Shown piece by piece: positions 1 to 12,728 of a DNA stretch of 64,000 nucleotides (within the stretch, counting starts at the first letter, position 1; the number at the start of each line of letters is the position of its first letter). The stretch covers positions 9,982,001 through 10,046,000 of the forward strand of contig JAQFVV010000005.1 in assembly GCA_028023455.1 (NCBI GenBank), in the 5' to 3' direction. This DNA comes from Epiperipatus broadwayi (lineage: Eukaryota; Animalia; Onychophora). The notes beneath the pieces were generated by a model. The model worked only from the letters and a program-made list of their open reading frames with translations, ran no database searches and was not told the origin of the DNA. A program made the position numbers and the translations under genes.

Positions 1-2190
1 TTACCTTAAGTTTCTTTGGATTTCGAAATTTAAGTTTCACCTTTGCTTTGACTATATCTCTTTCTTTGTCAATATTCTCTCTAAGAAACTTTATCTTAAT
101 TATCTTTTTATTTATAATTTTAAGTTTAACTTTGGCCTTTCAAATATCTCTTTCTTTATCGAAACTATCTCTAAGAAAATGCACATCAAATATCTTTTCC
201 TCTAACAACTTAAGCTTAACTTTAGCTTTTCCACCATCAATCTCTTCATTAATCATATGTTTAATAACATTTACATTATCTAGTTCTATAATTATTTTTT
301 TGAGCTTGACTTTAGCTTTACCTCCTTCCTTATTTATATTTTCTTGAAGAAAATCTATATTAATCACATCATCTATCATTTTCAGTTTGATTTTAGCTTT
401 TCCAACATCCTTTTCCCTATCAATTATGTTTCTTCCAAGATTTAGATCAACTATGTTTTCACTCATTCTCTTAAATTTTACCTTTGCTTTACCAACATCT
501 CTTATAAAATCTACACTCTCTCTAAGATAATCTATCTTAATTTACTCCTTACTCAACTCTTTGAATTTTACTTTAACTTTTCTCATGTTTCTATCATGAT
601 TAAATATTTCTCTAAGAAAATCTACTTTAATTTTCTTCTCACTCTTAAATTTAAACTTTACTTTGGTTTTGCCTAAATCTCTGTTTTGATCGATTTCTGT
701 TTCCATAAATCTTACATTAGGTATCAAATTCTTAATTCCTGTAGATAATATTTCTTTATAAATATTACATTTTAGATGTTTCCATAATTAATGGTAAATT
801 TCTGAATTTTGGTATTTTATTTTTAAATTTATTACTAGTATTGTCAGTAACTCATTCTTCTAATATTTCTAGACATTTTTCATTTAAAGAAATTAATTCT
901 ATCCCTAAGGATTCATCAACTCCTTTATTATTATTATAGTATTCATTGAAATTTTCAAGTTTATCTATTGTCTCTTTTTTTAATTAACTCTTCAGATAAT
1001 TTAGTCTCTCCTACATCATCATTAATCAATTTAAAAGATTGTTTGGGTTCTTCCAAAATTTTACTACATAATTCATTATTTTTGTCAACTATTTCAATAG
1101 ATTCTTCATTTTCATTTATATTTTTATTAGTTAGTTTAATAGCTTCTTTATATTCTTCCAATTCTTTAATAACTAATTCAAGATCTTTGCTACATATTTC
1201 AACATTCTTTTGATTCTTCATCAACTAGCTCAACATCCTTCTCAATTAACTCAATACTTTGTAAATTTTTCTCATCTGCCAAATCCATCAATAGTTTATC
1301 TGCTTCCATACTATTTATCATCTCAATGGACAATATATTTGCTTCTAATTCTTTAGTAATTAATTCAACAGACTCTTTATGAATCTTTACTTCTTTATGA
1401 ACCAATATACTATCTGGAATAATTTTTTCAACAGATAACTGGGTTTCTTTACTAATTAACTCAACAAAAGACTTATCTTTTCTTAAATCATCATCTACTA
1501 ACTTAACAAATGATATATCATCATTTACATCTTTATCAACTAATTAAACAGAATCTTTATTTTCTTCTGCCAAATTACTACATAAATCAATATCTTTATT
1601 AACTACTTTAACGAATTGTGGATTTTCCTTGCTTATTATTTCAACAAGCTGTTTATTTTCTACCACATCTTTACTTACTAAATTAACAGGTTCTTTACTC
1701 ATTTTCAAATCTGTATTAGTTACTTCAACAGATTTACTAATTACTTCGAAAGATACTTTCTTATTTGCTATATTTTTATCAACTACCTCAACAGATGGCT
1801 TAGGCTCTATTTTCATAATTTTCAATTCAACACTTTGGGATTTATTATTCCCTTGTAGTTTATTTTTCAAATCATTATTCATTACTTTAACATCTTCATT
1901 AATCATTTTAACAGATGCTTATCATCTTTGACACTTTTATTAACTAATTCAGTTGGTTTCCGAACTCTTCCCTTAAAGATTCACCATCTTTTTTAAAAAA
2001 TTTATTCAGTGATTCTATATGTTTATCCATTTTATTAAGCATTATCTCAAATCACTTATCAAGTATATCTCCCATTGCCTTTAACATCCTTATCATATAC
2101 AAATTATTTATATCTGTTTCAGACCTTGCTAAGTCTTCTTTTGGTATTTTCATATTTTCAATGTTTGCCTGTCTTTTTCTTTTCAACAAT
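1..2190 (-). pseudogene. Degraded Lys/Glu/Ile/Val-rich ORF with tandem ~27-31 aa 'GKAKVKLK...I.IDFLRE' repeats and shorter 'VELV.K' repeats; possibly retroelement gag-like; runs off the window edge
   Basis: Minus-strand ORF fragments 140-466, 542-727, 961-1224, 1199-1405 and 1544-1906 share composition and motifs and are separated by stops/frameshifts. The KAKVKLK-type codon block recurs about every 80-90 bp from position ~40 to ~670. No catalytic motif seen. Confidence 0.45.
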
Positions 2191-2676
2191 ATCATCTCAA
2201 ACAACAGAACCAGACACTTAAGCCCTTAATCTTTTATCCTGACTATTCATTTTAGAATAATTTGCCTTATAGAATTTAAAATCTCAAATAGTATCTAGTA
2301 TTCATAAAAAAAATATTCTCATTAAAGAATTTCCTACCAGCTTCCTATTTTCCATCCAATCAAATACTCATAAACCATAGGACATCACCAATAGCCTTCA
2401 ATAGTTTACACTACCTTAACATTAAACTACTACAATAACTATTAACTAATTTTTAAAAATTTTCTTTGTGTGTTATTATATTATTGATCCAAATCCACAT
2501 GATCCAACAGATTATTTGAACATAATATAGAATACATTCAGAATATATCTTAAAATATTTTATATAATTGACATAGTCATAGTCTAAATAATGATGAGCC
2601 ATATATGTATAACTTATTTATTTATTTGTTTATCACTTTATAAACAATATAATATTTTATTTTGAAATGAATTAGA

Positions 2677-2859
2677 TTATAAATACCATATGAAATTATA
2701 AAATATGTATAATAAAATACTTAATTCAATATTATAATCAGATCCTAAATTATCATCACTATTGCAAATTTTCCAAATTATTATTATTTTTATACGAGAT
2801 ATACCTATCGATAGCCCTAAAGTTGGGTGAGCAAAATCCACTCTCTGTACCCTCACCAC
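2677..2859 (-). mobile_element. Possible C-terminal remnant of a LINE APE/EEP endonuclease
   Basis: Translation PTLGLSIGISRIKIIIIWKICNSDDNLGSDYNIELSI resembles the EEP end motif (ID L.I.S...W.V..D.GSDH.PI.I). Motif match only. Confidence 0.4.
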
Positions 2860-3418
2860 TGAATGATATAAATAAAATAAAATAAATGCTCCGGCTAAAA
2901 ACTTTCAATCTTAATGTAATAAAATCAAGCACAAATAATATCTTACATAATTTTGACCACTAGACTGGCTCAAATTGATAATAATAAAAATATAGTTCGA
3001 TTTAAATAAATCAAATAAGGTAATATAATAATAATCATGAGACATATAGTGAAAGGTAAAGTAGTAAGATTACATTGAGCATATATCCTAAAAGAAACAA
3101 GCTCAATGGCATAAGAATACTGTACCCCCTTATTATTCCAAATAATAGTATAAAACCATAGCATTCTTAAGATTTTAAAATATTAAAAATAATTAAATAT
3201 AATATTAATAAATAAGTAATAATTCTGTTATTAAAATTTATTTATCTCAGATTCTTTAAATAAAATCTCTAATTAATTTATAATCTCCTGTAGCCAAGTA
3301 TGATAAGGAATTTTGTATCATTCCTAACTACACATAAACAATAATAATAAGAATAATAAATAATAGTCCTATACTTAATCTAACATTTGGTATTATATTT
3401 ACTACTCAATAATCTGGT

Positions 3419-3707
<289 letters not shown>

Positions 3708-6700
3708 CTCTCATTTCTCATGTGGCATATTATAAGTATGGTATAATCTGAACAGTATGTGGCAACAAGAAATATATTTGATTATATGGCAGTATTTTCA
3801 GTAATAAATCATGACTAAAATAATCTTATGCTATATGATTTTACTTTATCATATTCTGAATAATGATTAATATCATTTAAATAAATAATATCATTTAAAA
3901 TTATAATATGCAAAATATGTAATATGTTTAGTTCTGAATTCTGTTGATTGAGTTTTATCGCAATGAGTAGATCAATAACAACACAGAAAGCAAGTTTTAT
4001 AAAAACAACTTTAACAAATTTATTCTATACTAGAAAAGAATTATGTACAAAAATATTTACAATTTTTATAAAAAAGAACTGACAAATATTATGTTAAAAT
4101 AAATATATATATATATACAGAATTCAAATAAAAGAAAGATTGAATTTACAGATTTTCAATCTCAAAATTATTAATGTATAAGCCTTCACTCTGGCTTAGG
4201 AATTTTATTTAAATACATATCATGTAGTTAGTTATTCAAAACATTCTATTTTTCATCCTACAATATTATATTAAACTTATTTCTAGATCAATGAATAATC
4301 AATATCATTTTATTTTCAGTAACCATAACAAAAAAATATCTAGCATAAATTTTATGAACCAAAACATATTATTAGGTTTATTCTAAGTTAATGAAAAGTA
4401 AATTAATAAAATATGTTTATTCATGTACTAAATAATAATAATTTGCTTGGCACCATTCTGATTTTATGATATGTGTTTCATGTTCAAAACATAAAAAAAA
4501 ATAAATAAAGTATTAACATTCATCATATACTAACATACTTCATTTGATGTTTCACTGTAAAATATGCATTATTCTACAAAAATGTTGTCAATTTATGAAA
4601 ATCGAAAGTATCAAAAACATTTGAAAAATATAAGTTATGATTCTTTTATCATCAAAAATATTTAGGAAAAATTATGATTCCTTTGTTATATTCACCATCA
4701 ACATTATGCATTCAACATCATTTGTATTTCTTCACAATACCAAAAACCTACCTTGCCTTCTTCTAAACAAATCACCTTTTCTAAAATTATTCATTATTCG
4801 TCTTTCAAAAATACTAGTCTACATGATGTTTTACTAATGAAATTCACATAGGGATACAATGCATAGGACATGAAGGAATAACTAGAGCAAAGACTCAATA
4901 GTATAAAACAATTCAATAAACCTCATGGAAATCAGTGTGAAGAAACAACAGGTATGACTTCATCTAACACCCTTAAAAAATAATGTCTAGGTTTTCTTTT
5001 GAGCACTTACAGACCAATTAAATATAAAGATCAAAACACTGTCCATGAAATTAAATACAAAGTACAGGTTTACGTTAACTGTATTTGCATAATAACTTCT
5101 CAGATATAATATAGGCAAATTATCCTATCTTCTTAGCACATCCTACTATATAAACATTCAGGGTTTCATTATTCTATCCCCCTGTCACTACCATTTGCTA
5201 TTTCAAATAGATGTAGACAATCAACATCGTAAAATAACTAAGCAAATTTCCCAATAATAAACAAAGTTACATATTACTTTATCAAACCATAACTTCTATA
5301 AGAAAAGGTTTCACACACAAACTTGTCTACAAATACAAATGAGATTTTATTTTAAAATATTCGTTCAATATTCATATTTTGAAAATAATATCATATAGTT
5401 TATCTAGCAAAGAATCATATAAAATTATGATCATTCTATAAAGAGTTATAATGAACTTTATAATATAATAAATAAAAAATAAATATATGCATATTTCTCA
5501 TCGCTTATATCTTTTAATAAAAAAATTTATATGTGTTATTAACTCACACATCATATGTTCATTTATTCACATAACATAAGATAAATATTTTTAAATCTCC
5601 AAGCAATTTTAAGAAAAAAATATACATCATATAATAATTATAATAATTTAAATTACCCATGTGATTTTACTATTTGCAAATCACATCTATGATGTCTTCT
5701 GGTTCAATTTTAAATAAAATATAAGAATTAAAATATTCATACTGTACTCGGTGTAAATTAATGCATTTTAATAATAAATGTTTTCAAAAAATTTAAGAAA
5801 AATTATTGAAAGGTTTTTGAAAAATATTAATATTGTTAGGATTTAAAAATATCTAAATATGTAAAAACTTTACTAAATCTTATAACTAAATTATAATTCT
5901 AATTGTTAGTATATTTTAAAATAAATAATAATAAAATTTTTATGTATTCTTTTTATAACTGTCCTTCATGTAACAAGTTTAGTTAATAATCTGAAGAGTT
6001 GCTGTTTCTAAGTGATGAACATTGTTGAAAGCTTTTTTTTCCTTCCAGCTCTTCTCTCCTCAGTGGGTAAACACACAAATAAAAAAAATATCAACTTTGA
6101 AAATCAAAGCAATCTAGAAAATAATTATTCATCCTGCTTCCAAAAGTTATTCAAGTAGTCTATTTCCTGTCACTTTTTCACAGGATACAATAATTAATAT
6201 AATACCATTTAAAAAAACCATTTATTTTATGTAAGTTCCATTCTCTCCATGCATGTGAATTTCTTCTTCAGTGAGAGATGCATCATTTTTGGCCACTTTT
6301 AATAAGTACGCAAATTAACACAAACAGACGTCTTTTCATTTTTTTAGAAAGAAATTATATTCCAATTAGGCACATATAATATAGCAGATAAATCAAGGTT
6401 TTAAAATATGTCATTTATTTCTAGCATAATAATATTCTTTATTATTCATTTTCCTCCTTTATAGTTCAATTACCACAATTAAAATAACAGGTTTATTATA
6501 CCAAAATATTCACATATTAACTTTATGAACAATTCATAGTCATTGTAACAGCTATCTCTTTAAGATACTTTACTTCCAAAGAAGTTTAAAAAATATCACT
6601 TGCTTCAAAGATAGTTTTTTTTTTTTTTTTTTTTAAATCTTTTTAATAAAAGTCAATATTATAAAATGAGAGAGCAATATATTTTTATAACTCAATCTCG

Positions 6701-7533
6701 AATATTTTTATAAGTTTAAAAATCAACTGCATTTTAAACTTTTTCAGTTATTTTTCTTAAATAATATTTTTTAAAGTTCTTAACTTTATCAACACAGACA
6801 TATTAAATATATCTGTCATACTTCTGGATAATATTTGACTGTGATTTCAAAGTTCTTTATACAAATAAATATAAAATTTTTTATATACTATAGGAAAAAT
6901 TATACTTCCCCGAACTCTTTGGTCCTTCACTGCCAACCTTCCCATGCACAAAACTATAGGCTTATATTCCATAATTTACTAATGAATCTAATGAGGTTTC
7001 AGAATAGCTTCACTAGTAGGAAATCAATTGGAATTATTCCATCATTTTTAATTAAGCAAAATAATAGTTTTAAAATCCTTTCGACTTTTTAAAAATTATA
7101 TTTAATTTTTAAATAACTGATACTATTTTTAAAAAATAATAAATGACAATAATAATAACAATAGTAACCAATAATTTTAATCACATACAATTTTTATACC
7201 TGCTTCAAAAAACAATTTTGATTGGCTGATACATCACCTAATTGTAAACTCATTTACATATTTGTTAATTATGTACTTTTAAAATCAAAAATAAAATTAT
7301 GAGTGATCATTCTTTAATCACTTATAAATTCATATCAACAAATTTTAAGTCCCTATAAACATTATTATGACAATTATAGTACTTATATAAAAAATAGTCA
7401 TAGATCACATGACTCCATTTTCTTAAGCTTGTAAGATATAAGCAATGAGCATTGCCAATTGCTCAACAAGCTTTGTGATAAATACTTAGCCAGAGAAAGC
7501 ATTTAAAATATCTCTGTCAGGAACCCCTCCAAA

Positions 7534-7575
7534 CCTCTGACCATGGTTTCACGCTTTGGTACTCCTTAGTGGCGC
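7534..7575 (-). ncRNA. Degenerate type I hammerhead-like motif (separate family)
   Basis: Minus strand reads CTAAGGA GTAC CAAA GCGT GAAA CCATGG TC AGAGG: GAAA, palindromic helix III (ACCATGGT) and a GUC site are present, but G5 is A, stem II is decayed and helix I pairs poorly. Confidence 0.3.
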
Positions 7576-8219
7576 TAGTATAGCTTCAGACACTAGATCT
7601 AAAAATATCAACCCAAAGCCAGCATTTATCTAAGTTATCTATTGAGTGGAAAATCTGAAATTTTCAGACACCTACATGTCTTCAAACATAGCTATCCAAC
7701 TCAAATAGCTATATGGGGCTGAGAGATCTTCAGCCAAACCATAGATTAGTAGTCTTAGCAATATAACACCACATAAGACTTAAAGCAGATACTATAAATA
7801 GTCAAATAAAAAATAGAGTCATTGTAACCTACATAAAAAGATGAAATATGAATAAAAGAATGCTGCTGATGGTGGGGGAGGGGTGAATTATACTTAATGG
7901 CTAAAGATGAGAATGATAGGAATAAGAACTAATGTGTATACTCTGCTATCATTAACAAATATTATAAGAAAGCCTAGCTGTCTGATATATAAATGATAAT
8001 AATAAGTAATAAAATAGAATAATAATGATAATAAACTCTTGTTATAAGTAAATTTAATTAATCATGAGACTGTGTGGTGCTACATGTAAATGTTTTAAAA
8101 TTAAATATGCACTTCAGTATACATTTAATTGCATTGAGCCATTGTAAGATTGCAATAATAATAAAGAAGACACTTTGAATCATAAATAATAACTCGATGG
8201 CTAACAATAATAATAATGA

Positions 8220-8780
8220 CCATCAAACATCACATATTCACCATTCTTTAGGCTTATACAATCTGTTTTTCGCAGAGGCAAAACTCTCCATACAGTAATA
8301 CCACTCAGTGCAATTCAGAGAAGTTGCACTACTGTGTAGAGAGTTTTGCTTCTGTGAAAAACCGATTGTGTAAAGTCTAAAGATTGGTGAACATACGATT
8401 TTGATGGCTTAATACCAATCCTGCTCAATAGGATTATGGTGACTATGGTTATTAAAGAACCAAAGACACCAAGAAGTATGTATGCTTAACTGAATTCAGA
8501 TCTATACAACTATACAAACTGATGAGCTTAGCTTGAAAACATTATTGTGTTTTAATTTTGGACTCAAAGGTTTATAGTTAGCTAAAAAAGTAAAAGGTGT
8601 CTGCTGAAGGGTTGCAGATCCAAGGGTCATTACTGATGAAAGTCACAAGCTAGAAATTAATCTGGGGATATTGGATGAGTAGGCACTGGATAGAAATTTT
8701 ATGCAAACCTTCCTGCATCCAATGATTACTCTGGTTTGCAGTGAGTGGCATTACTGTATGGAGAGTTTTGCCTCTGTGAA
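8220..8780 (+). mobile_element. Family A HHR-bearing PLE/retrozyme-like element, copy 1 (inverted 5' arm plus more than one monomer)
   Basis: Imperfect palindrome 8220-8407, then modules C and B and a direct repeat of the arm (GAGAGTTTTGC at 8339 and 8761, period 422). Flanked by TAATAATAATGA at 8208-8219 and 8781-8792 (low-complexity TSD). Homologous to 12729-13046, 33388-33651, 50824-51320 and 62857-63140. Confidence 0.85.
8618..8676 (+). ncRNA. Type I hammerhead ribozyme motif, variant copy (AUC site)
   Basis: ATCCAA..TCATTA CTGATGA A AGT CACAA GCT A GAAA TTAA TC TGGGGA..TTGGAT. Core CUGAUGA and GAAA intact; helix III palindrome ATTAAT; proximal helix I weakened by a mismatch and G-U pairs. 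Confidence 0.55.
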
Positions 8781-9944
8781 TAATAATAATGATAATCTAT
8801 TTAATTTATTATAAAATAATCTCTAATTTGGAAGTAATAATAATATAATATAAGTTTTAATAACTATTATTAACTGTAATTTCTTATGGTTTCTCTTAAA
8901 TAATTTCTCAGGGTAAAATTATCCATCACTAAAATAATGATTGAAAACCTGATAATTGGATAGTAAAGGGATTTTGTTGGTATCCAACCATCCAGAATTA
9001 ATAAAAGTGTAATCCTTAAATAATAATCTGAATGTAACATTGAAAATTATACAATTATCATGCAAGTAATAATAATAATTATATTATCAAATTATAAATA
9101 ATAATGATAATTTGTATAATTTCTTTTTATTGTGCAAGTAATAATGGAAACAGGAAAATAATTATTTTATTGTATTTTAACTAATAATGATAAGAATTAT
9201 ATCTCATAGTTTGATAATAATAATCATATTAATAATAAATTATTCTCTTATGATGATATAATAAAATAATACTAATAAGATTTGGATCTGTGACGATAGT
9301 AGTGATATCCATATAAAGTTTATTCTTACAAACCTGAATAAGTACAACAAGGTTCCAATAACAAGTTTAACAGTATTTATGTCACTTAAAACATTGAAGT
9401 GGTGTTAATTCAAGCTTATTTTATATCTTAAAAATAATAATAATCTTCAACAATAATATTAATAAGTTCTTATCATATGTGATGTACTAATGAGAATGCT
9501 CTTATGAGGATAAATTGTCCAATGGTGAGATAATGATGCCTTTCTAAAATACTTCAAATATTGTAAGCAAATTAAATTTTTAATTATATATGGCAACATT
9601 TGATTCATAAAATAATAATTAATTTAATCAGTGTTTTCATCTTCTATAAAACTAATTTATTTATTAATGTGATATCAAAATAAATAATGTGCTTTTTAAA
9701 TTGAACTGATGATGACAAAATAAGAAATGATGGAACATGACAACTAAAGTTTCACTCGCAAATATAACAATTTATTCTAACCACTTATAAAATTATACAT
9801 TATGATATGCTATTTAGACATATAATGGCATCAAAATTTTAAAAAAAAATTTGAAGGAAAAAAAATAATAATAATAGGGAGTAGCTTATTTACATAATCT
9901 ATTTTTTTACAAGTGTGAAAATATTACTTTATATATATGTCAAA

Positions 9945-10015
9945 TGCATTGACCGGGAAACAACCCGGGCCAGCTGCTTGTAAGGCAGCTACGCTAACCG
10001 CTAGGCCACCAATGA
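9945..10015 (-). mobile_element. tRNA-Gly(TCC)-derived SINE or pseudo-tRNA with TAC at the anticodon position
   Basis: Minus strand TCATTGGTGGCCTAGCGGTTAGCGTAGCTGC CTTACAA GCAGCTGGCCCGGGTTGTTTCCCGGTCAATGCA. Acceptor stem, anticodon stem and T stem match eukaryotic tRNA-Gly(UCC); T-loop/B-box damaged; paralogues at 13107 and 18754. Confidence 0.8.
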
Positions 10016-10492
10016 TAACACTAATTGGACATTAACTTTCCCAAGCTTACAAAAATATATTAGCCCAATTAAATTATAAGTACTCAAAAATACCTTAGAA
10101 TATTAATTATAAAATTATTGTAACTCATCAGAAATATATTAATGATATGTTGTAAAATACTTCTAGATCATTAAATATTTTCTAGAATTCCTTAATTCTA
10201 GAAGGAATGTAGCCTTAACATTAATTAATATTAAAATAGATAACTTTTAGTTTTCTTTCTTGATTATCTGGAGTATAAAACACCCATGAATTTCATCAGC
10301 ATTTGCATTTAAGACATGCCCCATTTAAACTTATCCTTACCTATTGCATACACCATTCACCAATTTTGATCTCACAAAAATATCAAGAACAAAAATACTT
10401 GATTACATATATAGATAAAAATACTTATTTGTTTTGCCTTATCACATTAACTTTCTATTAATCTACAACAGACATACTTTAGAGTGAAAAAG

Positions 10493-10672
10493 CTATAGTC
10501 CTATAACCAAACAGACAAAGATATGTAATGTATATAATTCCATGCAAAGAATTACTATGTCTATAGTGTATATTGCTGGTAACGAGATTCCAAATAAGAG
10601 TGGAATAGCGGATAAACCAAGGCTTAAATTATACAGTATCATAAACTGGTACAGCCCATTAGATACTGGCAT
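10493..10672 (-). CDS. Candidate small hydrophobic (membrane) ORF or exon, 59 aa, unidentified
   Basis: MPVSNGLYQFMILYNLSLGLSAIPLLFGISLPAIYTIDIVILCMELYTLHIFVCLVIGL*. CpG-retaining stretch downstream of minus-strand donors (intron starts at 11283 GTAAGC and 10817 GTGAGT) and a CpG-rich promoter-like patch. No family recognised. Confidence 0.25.
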   Translation of the reverse strand: MPVSNGLYQFMILYNLSLGLSAIPLLFGISLPAIYTIDIVILCMELYTLHIFVCLVIGL

Positions 10673-11559
10673 CTTTTTAATTGCACTTATGGATATAAAA
10701 TGGATTAACTATCCGGGGAAAATCTAAGCATAATTACCAGACAAAATATCGGTGTCACATGAGAACTAACCAAGCACATTAGACTAAAATAATCAAGGTT
10801 AAACGTCTATAACTCACCTGATACAATGTAAAATAATGAGGGCACTAATACAAAAACAATATAGCATCAACATATGCATTATATACCTAACACAATGACG
10901 TTGTGACTTAATAAAACCTTAATCTAGGATATAATCATATTTCAAAAAAAAAAAAAAGAAAGAACAATGGCAAAACAAATAGCATGATAATGATAAACAT
11001 TATAGCATGATATAATTTTACGTATACAAATATATGAGATCAAATGGCGATAATTATTTTAAGGAACAAGCATTCATTAAAATACATATATCTAGATCAC
11101 GAATCAATTTATTTAATAATAACTGGAGAACATTAAACACCAGTTACCTTTATCAAAGTATAATGCCACTATCATATTTAATAACTAAGCATAATAATAC
11201 TAATTAAATTAAATATTACCCTTTTAACTATTAATTAATAGTTCATTTCTCTATACACTTTGCGGTGCACCCACTTTGCTTACCAAATATTAATGGTACG
11301 TTGAATCCATGAAGATCAATCAATCAATATTTTTATTTGAACAATTATTTTTTTTCATTTATTTATATGTATGTAGCACTATATTTATTTATTATTAAAC
11401 AATTAAATAAAAACATCATCTATTAATATGATAAAAAAAAATTTTTTTGCCTTCTTTCTAAACACGCAAGGCCTTTTTTTTTTTTTTAACATATGTATGT
11501 TATTCAAGAGAAATGAACTCTTTGGCGATATGAAATTGAAACGAACATTTAAGTTTATA

Positions 11560-11700
11560 AAACACAAGAACAAAGATTTTTTGCTCCCTTCTTCCCGCGC
11601 GCCGTCGTCCAATAAAATCGCGAATAAACACCAAAGCTTTCTCATCACAATAACGAAGAAAATACATTTAATTAACCAACGCTGTTCGAACACGAAATTC
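11560..11700. promoter_or_regulatory. CpG-rich promoter-like patch
   Basis: Local CpG cluster (TTCCCGCGCGCCGTCGTCCAATAAAATCGCG) in a CpG-depleted background, with an E2F-like TTCCCGCG and a CCAAT; strong minus-strand splice donor about 300 bp away. Confidence 0.4.
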
Positions 11701-12728
11701 CTAATTATTATTAAATTCGGTTATGAGCACATATAATTATTTTAATAAGAATTGAAAAATTCCTTTTATTTTTTTAAAAAATAACTTTGGTTTTTAAACT
11801 CAAAAAGAATTTTAAAAGCAGGCGGTAGAGCTTATTTCTAGAATGTTACACATTTCATTAATGGAATATAACTATTTTTCTAATGGACATTGTAGACGTT
11901 TATATGCTTGAAAACAATATAAGTGCTTTTATCTTAATTATTTTATTTTCAGACTTCACTTATTTATAAATAACATAATACAATTTATCAATTATTCAGA
12001 TGAATATTTATATAAATTAGAAAGCTTTAAATTTCAATTTCCTCTTTATCTAATTCTTCTATAAAATATTTTGCAATAATAATTGCATTTCAAAGTTATT
12101 CTAAGGAAGCAGCTTATGGTTAAACAAAAATAATAATATTGTAATGCATTTATATAAATTAGTCAGATAATTTAACCGATTAGAGTTCCAACAAAGTTAT
12201 TTATAATTAATGGTAAAGTTCTAAAATGAGTGTAACGTCTGAGATTAATTAAACTGTTAATTAAATTATTGCAGAATTTAAAGAGCATATGACGGTACTT
12301 AATGTAAATATAAAAAGATAAACACATTCTTATTAAATTTGTTTAGTTATTTATGACCAACTTCTGGTTGATAAAAGGCATTTTCTTTCCAAGATAATAA
12401 ACAAATTTCTAATAAGGTAATAAAACATATCTTGTTGAGGTTATTCAGCCAGGATGAAGTTGTCCTTCAATGGAGAACAAGGCTTTTTTTTTACTCCATT
12501 CCTGTTAACATACTAATTAAATGTTTTGTAGAATGATATTTATATGCCATTCAGTTGTTCTAACTTTTTAAAAATACATTTGCCTTATTCAGCAATACAT
12601 AAATAAGCAAATTACTTTAATCTAGCAAGAATCAGAAGAAAAGAAATTAAAATAATGTGTTTCCTGACATCACTTTTTTATAAACTCTGCCCTGCAAGAA
12701 TGGCAAATTGACAACCAATTAATTTTTA

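Noticed and set aside
48-1931. Plus-strand Ser/Leu/Ile-rich ORFs (48-347, 968-1213, 1629-1931)
   Set aside because: Antisense shadows of the minus-strand repetitive ORF.
5990-7092. Short coding-looking patches (e.g. KWPKNDASLTEEEIH; ORF 6835-7092)
   Set aside because: Each frame is interrupted by stops and no family could be recognised.
8519-8550. Second CTGATGA...GAAA in family A module C
   Set aside because: Not conserved in copy 5 (CTAATGA...AAAA) and lacks a proper helix I or III.
9945-10015. Functional tRNA-Val(TAC) gene
   Set aside because: T-loop lacks the TTCRA consensus, position 1 is mismatched, and paralogues carry tails and a TSD typical of SINEs.
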